The translations under genes were made by a program, and so were the position numbers. The notes beneath the pieces are model-generated. The model made no database searches and was not told where the DNA came from. It worked only from the letters and a program-made list of their open reading frames with translations. A DNA stretch of 64,000 nt from Endomicrobiales bacterium (GTDB taxonomy: Bacteria; Elusimicrobiota; Endomicrobiia; Endomicrobiales; CAWCFT01), in the NCBI GenBank assembly GCA_963794945.1, contig CAWCFT010000017.1, positions 1-64,000 of the forward strand, given 5' to 3'. Below, piece after piece: positions 51,440 through 61,906 of this stretch. Position 1 is the first letter of the stretch. Each line of letters begins with the position of its first letter.

Positions 51440-53590
51440 TTATCTGCGGCCGCCGCCCCCATGTCCACCGCCTCTTCCGCCGCTTCTGCCGCTTGAATAT
51501 GATGCTCCTCTTGTGGCCTGGAAACTACTTGAACGGGTATTGCCAATGGTACGGGCGCTGCGGGCTCTATCAAGGCTTGCGGGCGCTGACGCTCTGGCAT
51601 TGTTTAAGTTGTTCCAACTACCGCCTTTTGCTCCGTTCTCATAGCGATAAACGTTGCCCTCGCGCGTACCGTAAATATGGGTTACAGCGGTGGCTCTACC
51701 ATTACCTGCAGTATAAACGTTCCTTATCATACTGGAATGACCCACCGCGATGGCGCCAGTCGTTGAATTGTAAGCCCTGCCGTGAGTCATCCACCGGTCA
51801 ACAGCGCCGGCTCTGTTCCACGAACCAAACCTGCCGGCGGTAGAGAGGTGCCGCGTATAAAAATGATCGTGAAAATCGTATCTCCAGGCGTGGAACGGGC
51901 CCCAGAACGGGAAAGGCGGATAGTACCAGAAATTAGGGTAACCCCAGCCGAACCCGAAAGTAAAGCTCCAGCCGCACCAGGGCGTCCAGCATAAACCCGC
52001 CCCGTATCCATAGGGGACAACAGGACAATACCATACATCATTGCCTATATACCCCTGATAAACATACCCTGACCCGTATACCACGGTTCCGTCCGGTGAC
52101 ACTGCCGTGCCGTAGTAGCCGGGAGTATACCCTTCATAAACATAATCGGGTGCGGAGCCGTAGATCTTTACATAAGTGACATAGTGCAGCGGCGACCTGC
52201 CGGGTATTGAATAAATTACTTCCGGCACAGAATCCGCCAGGGCCCACGGCCCGTATGGAGACGCCGAGATAAACCAGGCCCCATCGTAAACTGAGTACCA
52301 GCTGTTTTCATTAACTTTTATAAGGGGCACCGAACAATTAAACACATAGTGCAGTGGCGTGCCTTCAATAGGCCTCAACTGCGGCTCGCCGTCAATGCTG
52401 ACTTTTATGGCTGCCGTTTTTCGTTCAACCCTGGAAGTTGTCGGAATACTGTTTGCCACCAGAGCCTCTTTTGCCTGTTTGGTTCCCGGAACGGACGCTT
52501 TTACATTTTCTTTTGTGTTGGAATCTGGAATTTTAGCGAAATCCTCCGGCAGGCTGCCTGCCGGCACATACTCCCACGGCCCATCGTAAGACGCGGAACT
52601 GAACCACCTGCCGGATATTAGGATATACGTTTTTTGGTCGGTCATATTTTTAAAAATATTGGCTGTCGTGTTTAAGGCGTATAACAGGTTTGTCCCGGTT
52701 ATCGGCTGGTAATTCGGTTCGCCGTCCGTAACGATAAGTTCCGCCGGGGTAAGAGCCACGTAGATCACAGGCGCTTTACCCTTGAGAAGCGACGGCTTTG
52801 ATTTTGTGTCGGGATCGGTCTCGCCTTCAATAAGGTCTACGGACATCGAGTCGCTCAGTATCTTTTGCGCCTTTTTTACGTCACCGGACACGATGTTGCC
52901 CGCCACCTGCCAGGGGCCTTTGATATCGCCGGCCTTCATATATCCGTCAAAAACGTGAAGATAATACTCTCCGTGCGGGTCCTTCAGCAGTAAGACCCCG
53001 GTGTTCACCACTCTTGAAAGATTTGTGCCCTTAACGGGCGAAAACACCGGCTGGCCGTCTATGTAGACCAGGATCGCCGGAGTGACGGAAAATATTATTC
53101 GCGGCACGGTATTGTTCAATTCATCCGCTTGCGGCTTTGGCTGGTCAGGCAGCGCATCAAGATCGGCCTCCAGCCTGTCGAGCGAAATTTTCGTTACCTG
53201 CTGCGGCACTCCCAAGCTTATCGCGTTCAGATATGCCGGGTTCTGTTCAGGCTCGCTTGGAAAATTCACGCTTTCCATGTTCCAGTTCTCAAAGGAAACA
53301 AACCTGGTGCCTTTGTCGGTAATTGTATTCACTTTAAAGTTCAAAACACCGTACGATAAATTCTTTTCCTGAGGGTCCTTTACAACGGCGATCGCCGCGT
53401 GAGCTTGGAGCGTAAACCCGTCCCAGCTGTCAACCTGAGGCTGATACATTTTGAAATCGAAGTTGCCGGAATGCACGTTCCTGGGCCATTGGTCTTCATA
53501 ATATGTATTCTGGCTGTCCTTCGACCAAACTAGTGAAAAATAAATTGAAACAACTAACAACGGCAAAACAAGAAGAAATAACTTTTTCAT
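51440..53590 (-). CDS. Large secreted hypothetical protein with Gly/Tyr-rich C-terminus
   Basis: Signal peptide; repeated GxW..GPW units; YTPGY. Confidence 0.7.
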   Translation of the reverse strand: MKKLFLLVLPLLVVSIYFSLVWSKDSQNTYYEDQWPRNVHSGNFDFKMYQPQVDSWDGFTLQAHAAIAVVKDPQEKNLSYGVLNFKVNTITDKGTRFVSFENWNMESVNFPSEPEQNPAYLNAISLGVPQQVTKISLDRLEADLDALPDQPKPQADELNNTVPRIIFSVTPAILVYIDGQPVFSPVKGTNLSRVVNTGVLLLKDPHGEYYLHVFDGYMKAGDIKGPWQVAGNIVSGDVKKAQKILSDSMSVDLIEGETDPDTKSKPSLLKGKAPVIYVALTPAELIVTDGEPNYQPITGTNLLYALNTTANIFKNMTDQKTYILISGRWFSSASYDGPWEYVPAGSLPEDFAKIPDSNTKENVKASVPGTKQAKEALVANSIPTTSRVERKTAAIKVSIDGEPQLRPIEGTPLHYVFNCSVPLIKVNENSWYSVYDGAWFISASPYGPWALADSVPEVIYSIPGRSPLHYVTYVKIYGSAPDYVYEGYTPGYYGTAVSPDGTVVYGSGYVYQGYIGNDVWYCPVVPYGYGAGLCWTPWCGWSFTFGFGWGYPNFWYYPPFPFWGPFHAWRYDFHDHFYTRHLSTAGRFGSWNRAGAVDRWMTHGRAYNSTTGAIAVGHSSMIRNVYTAGNGRATAVTHIYGTREGNVYRYENGAKGGSWNNLNNARASAPASLDRARSARTIGNTRSSSFQATRGASYSSGRSGGRGGGHGGGGRR

Positions 53591-53664
53591 TTTACTGCCC
53601 TCCCTTATTTTAATTTCTAACCTTCCAACTTAACTGCACGGAGCGTTGCTCGAGCCCGTATTGA

Positions 53665-54309
53665 TTATTCTTTACAGCAGTTTAATGCCGCGTCAACCGT
53701 TTTGTTGTAATTCTCAACGTGGCTTTTTACATGCGTCGGCAAGGCGCCTGTTTTCAGGAGAGCCTCCACGGATTGCTTTACCTTTTTGACGTTATCCCAC
53801 ATAAGGCTTTTGAACAAACGTATAGAGCCTTCTTCCCCCATGGCGCACTTCCCGTCCTGGGTCACCAGCGGCACCACCATTTCCCCTGTGCTCTTTAGGC
53901 AATTTTTATAGATCTTCTCCATCTCAGTATGGTATGCGGGGTTTGATGAAACCTCTTTTTTTATTGTGTTGAACATTTTATAAAGGTCATTTCGCCCCAA
54001 AAACAACTCTAATTTTTTGCAGTGCTGGCAGTCGGTTTCATAGAACAATGTCACATCTTTTTTAGGCAGGGTTGAATCCGGCTGTTGCCCGTCATGCCGT
54101 TCCGGCTGCTGAAGGACTATCTCCCAGAACATGCGGAAGAGCCTGTAAGATTTTTCAAAGTACGGTTTTGCCTGAACGATACCGTTTATGTTCAACTCCT
54201 TCGTCCCCACTTCCATAAGCCTCATTGACGACGCGAGCAGGTGCTTGCCTATGCACCATACTTCACCTTCAAAAGAAACCACTATTTTTTTGAGCAGTTC
54301 TTTTCTCAT
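53665..54309 (-). CDS. Hypothetical protein with an internal glutaredoxin-like CxxC domain
   Basis: WCIGKHLL N-part, FYETDCQHCKK...VP, C-terminal CCKE. Confidence 0.6.
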   Translation of the reverse strand: MRKELLKKIVVSFEGEVWCIGKHLLASSMRLMEVGTKELNINGIVQAKPYFEKSYRLFRMFWEIVLQQPERHDGQQPDSTLPKKDVTLFYETDCQHCKKLELFLGRNDLYKMFNTIKKEVSSNPAYHTEMEKIYKNCLKSTGEMVVPLVTQDGKCAMGEEGSIRLFKSLMWDNVKKVKQSVEALLKTGALPTHVKSHVENYNKTVDAALNCCKE

Positions 54310-54407
54310 TTCCCTGACCTCAAGCCGGCCTGGTTACTTATGGCTGTGCCCCTCTCCCTCGACGGGAGAAGGAGTTATAAAATGAACATTGAAATCCCAT
54401 ACATAAG

Positions 54408-54557
54408 TTAACGCCGGTCGTCAAAGTGTTCACCGTCCCTGTGTTCATCCCAATGGCCTCTGTCCCCGCCGTCCCTCCAGTCCCCGCCACGCCTCCAGAA
54501 ACAACCAGAAATGCCCAAAACGCTTAAAATCAATGCCAATACAAATAATTTTTTCAT
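54408..54557 (-). CDS. Small lipoprotein (49 aa; not in the ORF track)
   Basis: MKKLFVLALILSVLGISGC + G/D/R/H-rich tail; AAGGAG RBS. Confidence 0.7.
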   Translation of the reverse strand: MKKLFVLALILSVLGISGCFWRRGGDWRDGGDRGHWDEHRDGEHFDDRR

Positions 54558-54595
54558 AAATAACTCCTTTTTCTCGCTCTAAGAATAGCTCGCAA

Positions 54596-56044
54596 TTACT
54601 TATGCGCCGATGAATAAGACAACACTTCATCCCAGCCGCCGCCCAACGCTTTGATCAACTGTACGCTCGCCGTCATCTGCTGCATTCTCAGGTTCATTGT
54701 TGTTTTCTGGTTGCTCAACAGAACGGTTTGCGCGGTGATAACATTGAGGTAACCGTCCACCCCGGATTTGTAGCGGGCATCAGCAAGCGTCAGGTAACGT
54801 TCTGATGAGGCCACAGCGTCATTTTGTTGTTTAAGTTCCTCGGACAGTATCCTCAGAGTGGACAGGTTGTCTTCGACTTCCTGGAAAGCGGTGAGCACGG
54901 TTTGACGATAATTAGCAACCGTGCCCTGATAGTTAGCCCGGGCTTGTTCGGTTATGGCCCTGCTTTTTCCGGCGTCAAAAATTGTTTGGGACAGAGACCC
55001 ACCCAGCGACCAGAAAAGGTTCGGCCCTGAAATAAGGCCCCCCAGCGAAGTGCTCTGGTATCCCGCCGAACCGCTCAAAGTAAGAGCCGGGAAATATGCA
55101 GCGCGTGCCACGCCTATTTGCGCATTAGCTTCCGCGACACGGCGTTCGGCGGCGGTGATGTCGGGGCGGCGTTCCAGCAATTGGGATGGAACCCCAATGG
55201 GGGGCTCAGCTGGTTTAGCTGCCAGTGGGTTTGCCGCGATCGAAAATGATGAAGCCGGCTTGCCCAGAAGCGCCGCGATGGCGTGCTCAAGCTGCGCACG
55301 CTGAATACCGAGATCGCTAGCCTGCGCGCTGGCAATGCTGAGCTGCGTTACGGCTTGCTCAACATCCTGCCCGGACGCAAGGCCAGCTTGATACTGGGCC
55401 TGTGTCAGATCGAGCGATTCCTTGTAAGTGAGCACGGACGCATCCAAAAGTTGTTTCTGCGCATCCAACGCTTGAAGTTGAAAATAATCCACCGCTACTT
55501 CCGCCTGAACTGTCAACCGCACGTTTTCAAGGTCAGCGATCGTAGCCTGAGCTTCTAAAGAGCTTGCCTTAACGCTGTTGCCGATACGGCCCCATAGATC
55601 CGCCTCCCACGAAGCGTCAAACGGCAGAGAGTATTCTGTGATAGTGTAAGTGGCAGGCGGCAAAGCCGGTTGAGTCACTAAAGTTGACTGATGTAACCTC
55701 GTGACGGAAGGGCTGGCCGTAACTGTCGGAAAATATTGGGACCGGGCTTGCTTTACAACCGCCCGCGCTGATAGAAAATTGGCAAAAGCCGCTGCAATGC
55801 TCTGATTGGAAACAGACACCTGCTCTTCAAGAGCGTTCAGTTCAGGCTCATTGAACACTTCCCACCACTTTCCGCGGATAACGCCGTCCTTTGGTTCAGC
55901 TATTTTCCAGCCTTCGGCTTCTTTGAAATCCGCCGGCGTTTGAACCGCGGGCTTAACATATTTCGGCGCGAAACTGCATCCGGCGAACATAAACAGGATT
56001 GCAAACGCGGCTGATGTCATTATAGTTTTAATTAAATGGCTCAT
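54596..56044 (-). CDS. Efflux outer-membrane factor lipoprotein (NodT/OprM type)
   Basis: AGC lipobox, SWEADLWG, LLERRPDI, LIKALGGGW. Confidence 0.93.
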   Translation of the reverse strand: MSHLIKTIMTSAAFAILFMFAGCSFAPKYVKPAVQTPADFKEAEGWKIAEPKDGVIRGKWWEVFNEPELNALEEQVSVSNQSIAAAFANFLSARAVVKQARSQYFPTVTASPSVTRLHQSTLVTQPALPPATYTITEYSLPFDASWEADLWGRIGNSVKASSLEAQATIADLENVRLTVQAEVAVDYFQLQALDAQKQLLDASVLTYKESLDLTQAQYQAGLASGQDVEQAVTQLSIASAQASDLGIQRAQLEHAIAALLGKPASSFSIAANPLAAKPAEPPIGVPSQLLERRPDITAAERRVAEANAQIGVARAAYFPALTLSGSAGYQSTSLGGLISGPNLFWSLGGSLSQTIFDAGKSRAITEQARANYQGTVANYRQTVLTAFQEVEDNLSTLRILSEELKQQNDAVASSERYLTLADARYKSGVDGYLNVITAQTVLLSNQKTTMNLRMQQMTASVQLIKALGGGWDEVLSYSSAHK

Positions 56045-56177
56045 CGTGTTCCTTACCTAATATTTCTAGTCCTTTTTTGTCATTTCGACCAAAGGGAGAA
56101 ATCTTGCCTTTCCTGCATATAAAGATCTCTCGCTGCGCTCGAGATGACAACTTAAAAGTCGCGTTCCACGAACACAC

Positions 56178-57320
56178 CTACCCTCTGAAAATATCAAAGG
56201 GTTCAATCTTTAAAACTTTGCGCACACCGATGTAGCTTGATATTCCGGCGATCAGCACTACCATGCCGAAGGCCAGCCCCAGGTTCCAGAACGTGATCAT
56301 AGCCGCGTAGTTCGGCATCCGGGATCGCGCGATAGAGATCATTAACGTCACAAGGCCTATGCCCAACCCGTAGCCGGTCAGCGCGGTAAAAGCAGACATA
56401 AACAGTATCATGTAAATCAGTTCCCGGCCCTTTACGCCGATGGCTTTCAGCGCGCCGAATTTTTCCATGTTCTCAAGGATAAATGTATAAAAGGTTTGTC
56501 CTGAGATAGACAACCCGACTATAAAGCTGATCACCGTCATCATAAGAATGTTGGTGCCGATACCAGTCTTATAAACATAGAAGTTGGTGATAAGTTTGTT
56601 GAATTCTCCTTTAGTGCGGGCTACATATCCGAGCTTGGCTACTTGTTGTTTGATGCCTGCTACGGCTGCTTCGCTCTTTGGCTGCACAAGAACATAGGAC
56701 ATTGTGAAACGCGTTGATGGAAGGTATTCTTTCGCGCGGTTGTAAGTAGTATAGAGAGTTGGCACGCCGTTGAGTCCATTGGACGCAACCCGGGCAATTC
56801 CCACGATCGTGCCGCGGTGGTCATTGAGTTCAAATGATGTCCCAACCTTCGGGTTCTCAAGCTTAGAGAATTCAGCGTCATCAACCACCAGGAAAGTGTT
56901 ATCCGCGTAGATGCCTTTAATACTGCCTTGTTCAACTTCCGGACGGCCAAACAGGGTTTCATCATCAAGTCCGACGACGCTGACAGATTGATAGGTACCG
57001 CTTTTAAGCTTGACCATCGCGCCTCCCATAAAGAGCGGCACCGCGTAGCTTACCCCATCCATACTGCGCACAGCGTCCAGCACGTAGTCCGCCATTGGTA
57101 TCGGACTGCTGGCCGTATTGACCGCCGGATCCATGACCCACATTGTCGCGCCTATATTCGTTACCGTTGCAAAAGCGCGGTTGAGTATGCCGGCAAACAT
57201 CGCGGTCATTTGCATCATAAGAAATACCGCGAAGGTTATGCCTATCAACAGCGCGTAGAACTTGCTCTTGTCATTTACCAGCAGTTTAAATCCGATGCGC
57301 AAAATGCCGTAGTATTTCAT
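56178..57320 (-). CDS. ABC transporter permease (FtsX/MacB, DevC-like)
   Basis: FGALKAIG; one N-terminal and three C-terminal TM helices. Confidence 0.88.
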   Translation of the reverse strand: MKYYGILRIGFKLLVNDKSKFYALLIGITFAVFLMMQMTAMFAGILNRAFATVTNIGATMWVMDPAVNTASSPIPMADYVLDAVRSMDGVSYAVPLFMGGAMVKLKSGTYQSVSVVGLDDETLFGRPEVEQGSIKGIYADNTFLVVDDAEFSKLENPKVGTSFELNDHRGTIVGIARVASNGLNGVPTLYTTYNRAKEYLPSTRFTMSYVLVQPKSEAAVAGIKQQVAKLGYVARTKGEFNKLITNFYVYKTGIGTNILMMTVISFIVGLSISGQTFYTFILENMEKFGALKAIGVKGRELIYMILFMSAFTALTGYGLGIGLVTLMISIARSRMPNYAAMITFWNLGLAFGMVVLIAGISSYIGVRKVLKIEPFDIFRG

Positions 57321-58760
57321 TGTGGCTCGCTTTTGGGCTGGCTGGGAGCTAACTGCCATATGTATACATCCACCAGCTGGCCCGGATAGACCGGGGCGTC
57401 TTTTTTCTCAAACCGGAAAATAACCGGAAGAACCCTCAGGTCCACCTGCTCCTGGCGCTCGTTAGATAATTCTATTTTCGGCGAAACATAAGGCTGAACC
57501 CGCACAAACTCCAGCGGCACTATAATGTCAGTCCCGCGGATAGACATCTGCGCGAGGATATGCCACGCGGACGGCAGCCTTGAGATCAGTATTTCATCAA
57601 TGTAACAACGCACTGTTAGATAATCCTGAGGCGGCCCCATAACCACCAGCGGGTCAAAATTCTGCGTATAAGAATTGAAAACACCTTGTGACGACACATA
57701 ACTGCCTGCTGATGAGTTTACCGCAAGCACTACTCCGTCAATCGGCGCTTTTACAGAATATTTCAACAGCAGGGCGTTAGCCGCTTTAAACGCCTGCTGC
57801 CGCCTGACCGACGCCGTCTTCGGCAGTATCCAGCGCATCCTTGCTGACCGATCGCGGGTCAATATCGCAGGAGGCGCGGCGCTTATCGTATTGGTCCTGG
57901 GCCAATTTCAGATTGGATCTGGCCAACTCGGTGGTTGCTCTCTGCACGGAATCGTTAATCGTGAAAAGAGGGGTTCTGGCCGCCACCTTCTGGCCCTCGT
58001 GAACCAGCACGCTTGTGACCGGGCCTGAAACTTCAGGGTAGATATTGATGTTCGAGCCGCTCGGCTGGTCGCTCTCAATAATGCCGTTGGCATAGATCGC
58101 TGATTCGGAAGGGCTGGTGACCGGTTTGAACACAGGAGGTTGCGCCTTCCTTTGAAGGCCAAAGAAATAAGCGCCTGCAAGCCCCGCCAGGATGCCAATT
58201 ATTGAGAGCGCGAAAATTATCTTATTTTTAAATTCAGGCTTAGGTTTGGACGCTTTGGTTTCAGGTTTAGGCTCATCGGCTTTGGCCCCAGGCTGAGATT
58301 CGGGTGTTTTGCCAGCAGGCTTAAGATCGGTTCCTTTGATTTCAGTCTTAGGCTCGGCTGTTTTGGCTTCAGTCTTTGGCTCTGGTGTTGTTTCCTCAGG
58401 CTTAGGTGCGCCTGTTTTGGCGTTAGTCTTATTGCCGGTTGTTTTGGTTTCAGCCTTAGGTTCGGCTGCTTTCGCCTCCGTCTTAGGCTCCGTTATTTTC
58501 AGTTCAGGCTTCGGCTCAACTGCTTCCGTTTCAGGCACATCGGCTTTGGCTCCAGGTTTTTGAATCTTCCGCTGAGCCTCCTCCCATTCCTGAATTGCGC
58601 GAACATCCGCGCGCCCTATCTCCTCATAGAGTTCATGAACGCGCTTGACCATTTGTGGGATCAAATCGGCAGGTATCTTTTTTTTAGCATCCGTCTCTCG
58701 TTCGGCTGCTTGAGCCTCAGGCGCAACTGTTTCCGGGTTAAATTCATCTGGTGTATTCAT
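57317..58760 (-). CDS. Efflux periplasmic adaptor with long P/E/K-rich N-terminal extension; frameshift near 57800
   Basis: VSGPVTSVLVHEGQKV and VKAPIDGVVL lipoyl halves; VDLRVLPVI. Confidence 0.82.
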
Positions 58761-59451
58761 TCTGTTCCCTTATCCTGCGCGCTTAGATGTCCGTCTTCCA
58801 TGTGTAGGATCCTGTCCGCGTATTCGTTTATGCGCGCGTCATGAGTAACTATCAGAATACAACGGCTCTTATTGAGTATTTTGTTTTTTACGAAAGCTAT
58901 GATCATCTTCCCCGTATCGCCATCAAGTGATGCCGTAGGTTCGTCAAGGATCAATATCTCCGGTTTGCTTATGATCGCGCGCGCTATCGCTACGCGTGCT
59001 GCTCTCCGCCTGAAAGCTTCACCGGTAATATCTCGCTCCGGTTTTTCAGGCCGACGATCTCCAAAGTTTTTCTTGCTTCGTCAATTGATTCGTCCCAGTC
59101 AAGATGCTTCAGTATTAATGGGATAGCGACATTCTCGGCCGTGGTCAGCCGCGGGAAAAGATGATAATCCTGAAAAACAAAACCTATAGTGTTAAGGCGA
59201 AAATCAGCCAACTGGTCATTGGTGAAAGACCAGATATCGTCCCCTTTAACCGTCACATTGCCGGCGTTGGGGCGCAGTATGCCGGAAAGCATGCTGAGCA
59301 TAGTGGTCTTTCCGCTGCCGGAGGGGCCAACAATGAACAGCATTTCTCCAAAGTGAGCCACCAGCCCGACATTGTTGACCGCTGTAGTCCTGGCCTCGCC
59401 TTCGCCAAACCATTTTGTAAGCCCCGTTGCAACAATCGCCTGATTTTCCAT
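58757..59451 (-). CDS. ABC transporter ATP-binding protein, frameshift near 58995
   Basis: GPSGSGKT, LSGGEQ, ILDEPT, VTHD. Confidence 0.9.
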
Positions 59452-59624
59452 TTGATTTTCATGCTCTCAAAGCTGATGGGAACTTGCGTAGCCACTTTTA
59501 AAATATGCTTTCATTATTACATCAGAATATCTATTACCGTGAACGATAGCAATTGTTTATTTTGCTATATTCACTATCTTTTTTCCGCTTCATACTAATA
59601 GTTTTGTACGTAATGGCGCTTTCC

Positions 59625-60650
59625 TCACATCAGCCAGCGCCTTTTCATAAGTGTATGTGAAAACAAAAAGGTAACCGTCCCGAGCAAGAACAGTAATATC
59701 CATTCCTTCAAGAAGTATGACATACCGCTGTTTTCCAAAAATATTGATCTTAGAGGGTTATATAGCTGATAAGAAGGTACAAAAGAAGCAAATGTGTTTA
59801 ATTTTACCGAAAAATCGGATAATGCCGAAGGTATTAATAAAGGAATATAGATCAGTACGCCTAATGTCCTGGCGCTTGCCTGCGTGCGGCACAAGAAACC
59901 AAGCAGTATACCCGCAGAAATAAAACAAAAGCTCCCCGCTTCCAGAAACAATATATAACCCGGCCTTTCAAAGGAATAATATCCAACCGACAGATGAAGC
60001 ACCGTAACAGCAATATTTATCAAGACTAGTCCAGTCAGTAATTTGGCTATCAGCCACTCGATTTCCCTCATAGGCGTTTGCAGAAGTCCTATAAGCAGAT
60101 TTTTTTCTTTTTCTTCCGCTACCTGAGCCGGGATAATTATGAAACTTACGAGTAAAACCACCATCAACACCCATGCGGGCAGCATCTGTTTTTGCACCCC
60201 GCCGTCCTGCAGCGGCGCAATATCCGATATCCAGCTCTTCCCGGCGCCTGTCGCCGATTTTTGAAGGGCCGAAAAGCTTTCTACTATGGCGGTCGTCTGT
60301 AAAGATTCTTTTCTCAGGACTTCCAGCGTTAAACTTTCGGGTTCCTTCATATTTTTTATCAAAATACCGTCCAGTTTCCTGTCTTTCAGCAGTTTCCTGC
60401 CGTCAACAGGGTTTACCCTGTAAACCGTAAATACTTTTTCGGCGGCCGTTATGTTTTTCATGATGGCGGCCGGATATATCTCGTTTTGAATGAGGCCGAT
60501 ATTGATTTTCTGGAACGACTGATCGGAACGATCCGTAAGTTTTAAAGAAATAACGATAAAAATGGGAACGAACAATATCAGGAAAATAGATTTGTTCTTG
60601 AAGGAAATAGCGAAATCGTTTAATACCAGTGTAATGATATTTCTTATCAT
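59625..60650 (-). CDS. ABC-2 type permease
   Basis: AEEKEK motif; multiple TM helices. Confidence 0.85.
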   Translation of the reverse strand: MIRNIITLVLNDFAISFKNKSIFLILFVPIFIVISLKLTDRSDQSFQKINIGLIQNEIYPAAIMKNITAAEKVFTVYRVNPVDGRKLLKDRKLDGILIKNMKEPESLTLEVLRKESLQTTAIVESFSALQKSATGAGKSWISDIAPLQDGGVQKQMLPAWVLMVVLLVSFIIIPAQVAEEKEKNLLIGLLQTPMREIEWLIAKLLTGLVLINIAVTVLHLSVGYYSFERPGYILFLEAGSFCFISAGILLGFLCRTQASARTLGVLIYIPLLIPSALSDFSVKLNTFASFVPSYQLYNPLRSIFLENSGMSYFLKEWILLFLLGTVTFLFSHTLMKRRWLM

Positions 60651-61327
60651 ATATAAAGCTCCTGATGCACCATTGACTCGAAATATTGCCCGGGCAAGCC
60701 GTCAAATACTACCCGCCCCTGATGAAGAACTATAATGCGCGACGCAAGCGCTCTTATCTCTTCCGGTCGGTGAGAGGTAAAAATGATAGTTTTACCGGAA
60801 GCGTTAATGTTTTTCAGCTGCCGGTAAACTTCTTTTGTCATCTCAAAATCAAGGCCCGCTGTCGGCTCGTCAAGAAGTATTACCGGCGGGTCCGGCAAAA
60901 GAGAACGGCCAATGTTCACTCTTTGCTTTAAACCTTTTGATAAAGTTTGCATCTTACTGCGCCGGAAAGGCAGCAACTCAAATTCACTTAATATTTCCTG
61001 CACGCGGGCGGTAGGTGTTTGAAAAAGGCTCGCGTAAAGCCTCAGGTTATATTCGACAGAAAAATACTCAAAAAGGCCAGGAGTTTCAGGCACAAAAGCG
61101 ACGTTTCTTACAAGAGCCTGCCTGTCATCTATCTCCGTCCCGTTAACCAACGCCCGCCCGCTGTCAGGAATGGTCCAGCCGCTTAATATTCTCAAAAGAG
61201 TGGATTTGCCAGCGCCGTTATGCCCGACAACAGCTATGCATTCCCCTTTTTCCGCGGCAAAACTTACAGAAAATACTCCTCTCTTTTTCTGATATTCTTT
61301 TGTAATATTCTCAACAATTATCTGCAT
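60647..61327 (-). CDS. ABC transporter ATP-binding protein
   Basis: GHNGAGKST, LSKG, LLDEPT, SH. Confidence 0.92.
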   Translation of the reverse strand: MQIIVENITKEYQKKRGVFSVSFAAEKGECIAVVGHNGAGKSTLLRILSGWTIPDSGRALVNGTEIDDRQALVRNVAFVPETPGLFEYFSVEYNLRLYASLFQTPTARVQEILSEFELLPFRRSKMQTLSKGLKQRVNIGRSLLPDPPVILLDEPTAGLDFEMTKEVYRQLKNINASGKTIIFTSHRPEEIRALASRIIVLHQGRVVFDGLPGQYFESMVHQELYI

Positions 61328-61346
61328 AGATATTATTGTTTCAGGC

Positions 61347-61409
61347 TCAAAGCAGCCTGAAAATAAGAAGCACTAACACGATGACAACCAGCAAACCGAT
61401 TAAACCCAT
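61347..61409 (-). CDS. 20-aa hydrophobic peptide (not in the ORF track)
   Basis: GGAGG RBS; MGLIGLLVVIVLVLLIFRLL. Confidence 0.5.
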   Translation of the reverse strand: MGLIGLLVVIVLVLLIFRLL

Positions 61410-61527
61410 TTTATCCTCCGCCCAGCAATCAACAGCATTAATCATAACACTTAAAATCTCTTTATATGATGCCGTATTCCCCACTTATACTGACCTGTTT
61501 CCATCATTAATTTTGAGAGATATTTAT

Positions 61528-61574
61528 ATTATATGGAGTAAGAGAAGGCCGGTCAATTGTACCTTGGTATAATA
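61528..61574 (-). promoter_or_regulatory. Promoter with the same palindromic box as 47435-47481
   Basis: Box + TTGACC-17bp-TATAAT. Confidence 0.7.
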
Positions 61575-61651
61575 CCATGAAACCAAAACATGATAGTCTG
61601 CATAGCTTTGGAATCTACCGGCTATGTATCGGCCTCAGCCTCCGCTTTTGC

Positions 61652-61810
61652 GGGATCGAAAATCCTGTATGCGAGCAGTTTAACGTTGTCATTGACAAGG
61701 AACCACAGCAGAACATAACCCCACACGAACCCGGCCCAGACCCAGCCGAGGGGCGTCATGAACAACCCGTAAACCGCTATCAGCGTCGCTACAATCTGCG
61801 TGCCTACCAC
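61652..61810 (-). pseudogene. Diverged duplicate of the last TM helices of the H+-ATPase
   Basis: 159 bp colinear with 62495-62653, several substitutions. Confidence 0.8.
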
Positions 61811-61906
61811 TTGGAAAAATACGCCGCGAGCAGGGAAAGTATAATTTCTATATTTTTCATTCAAAAACGCTTCGACACCGTCTTTTAAAATCTGCGCCGT
61901 GGATGT

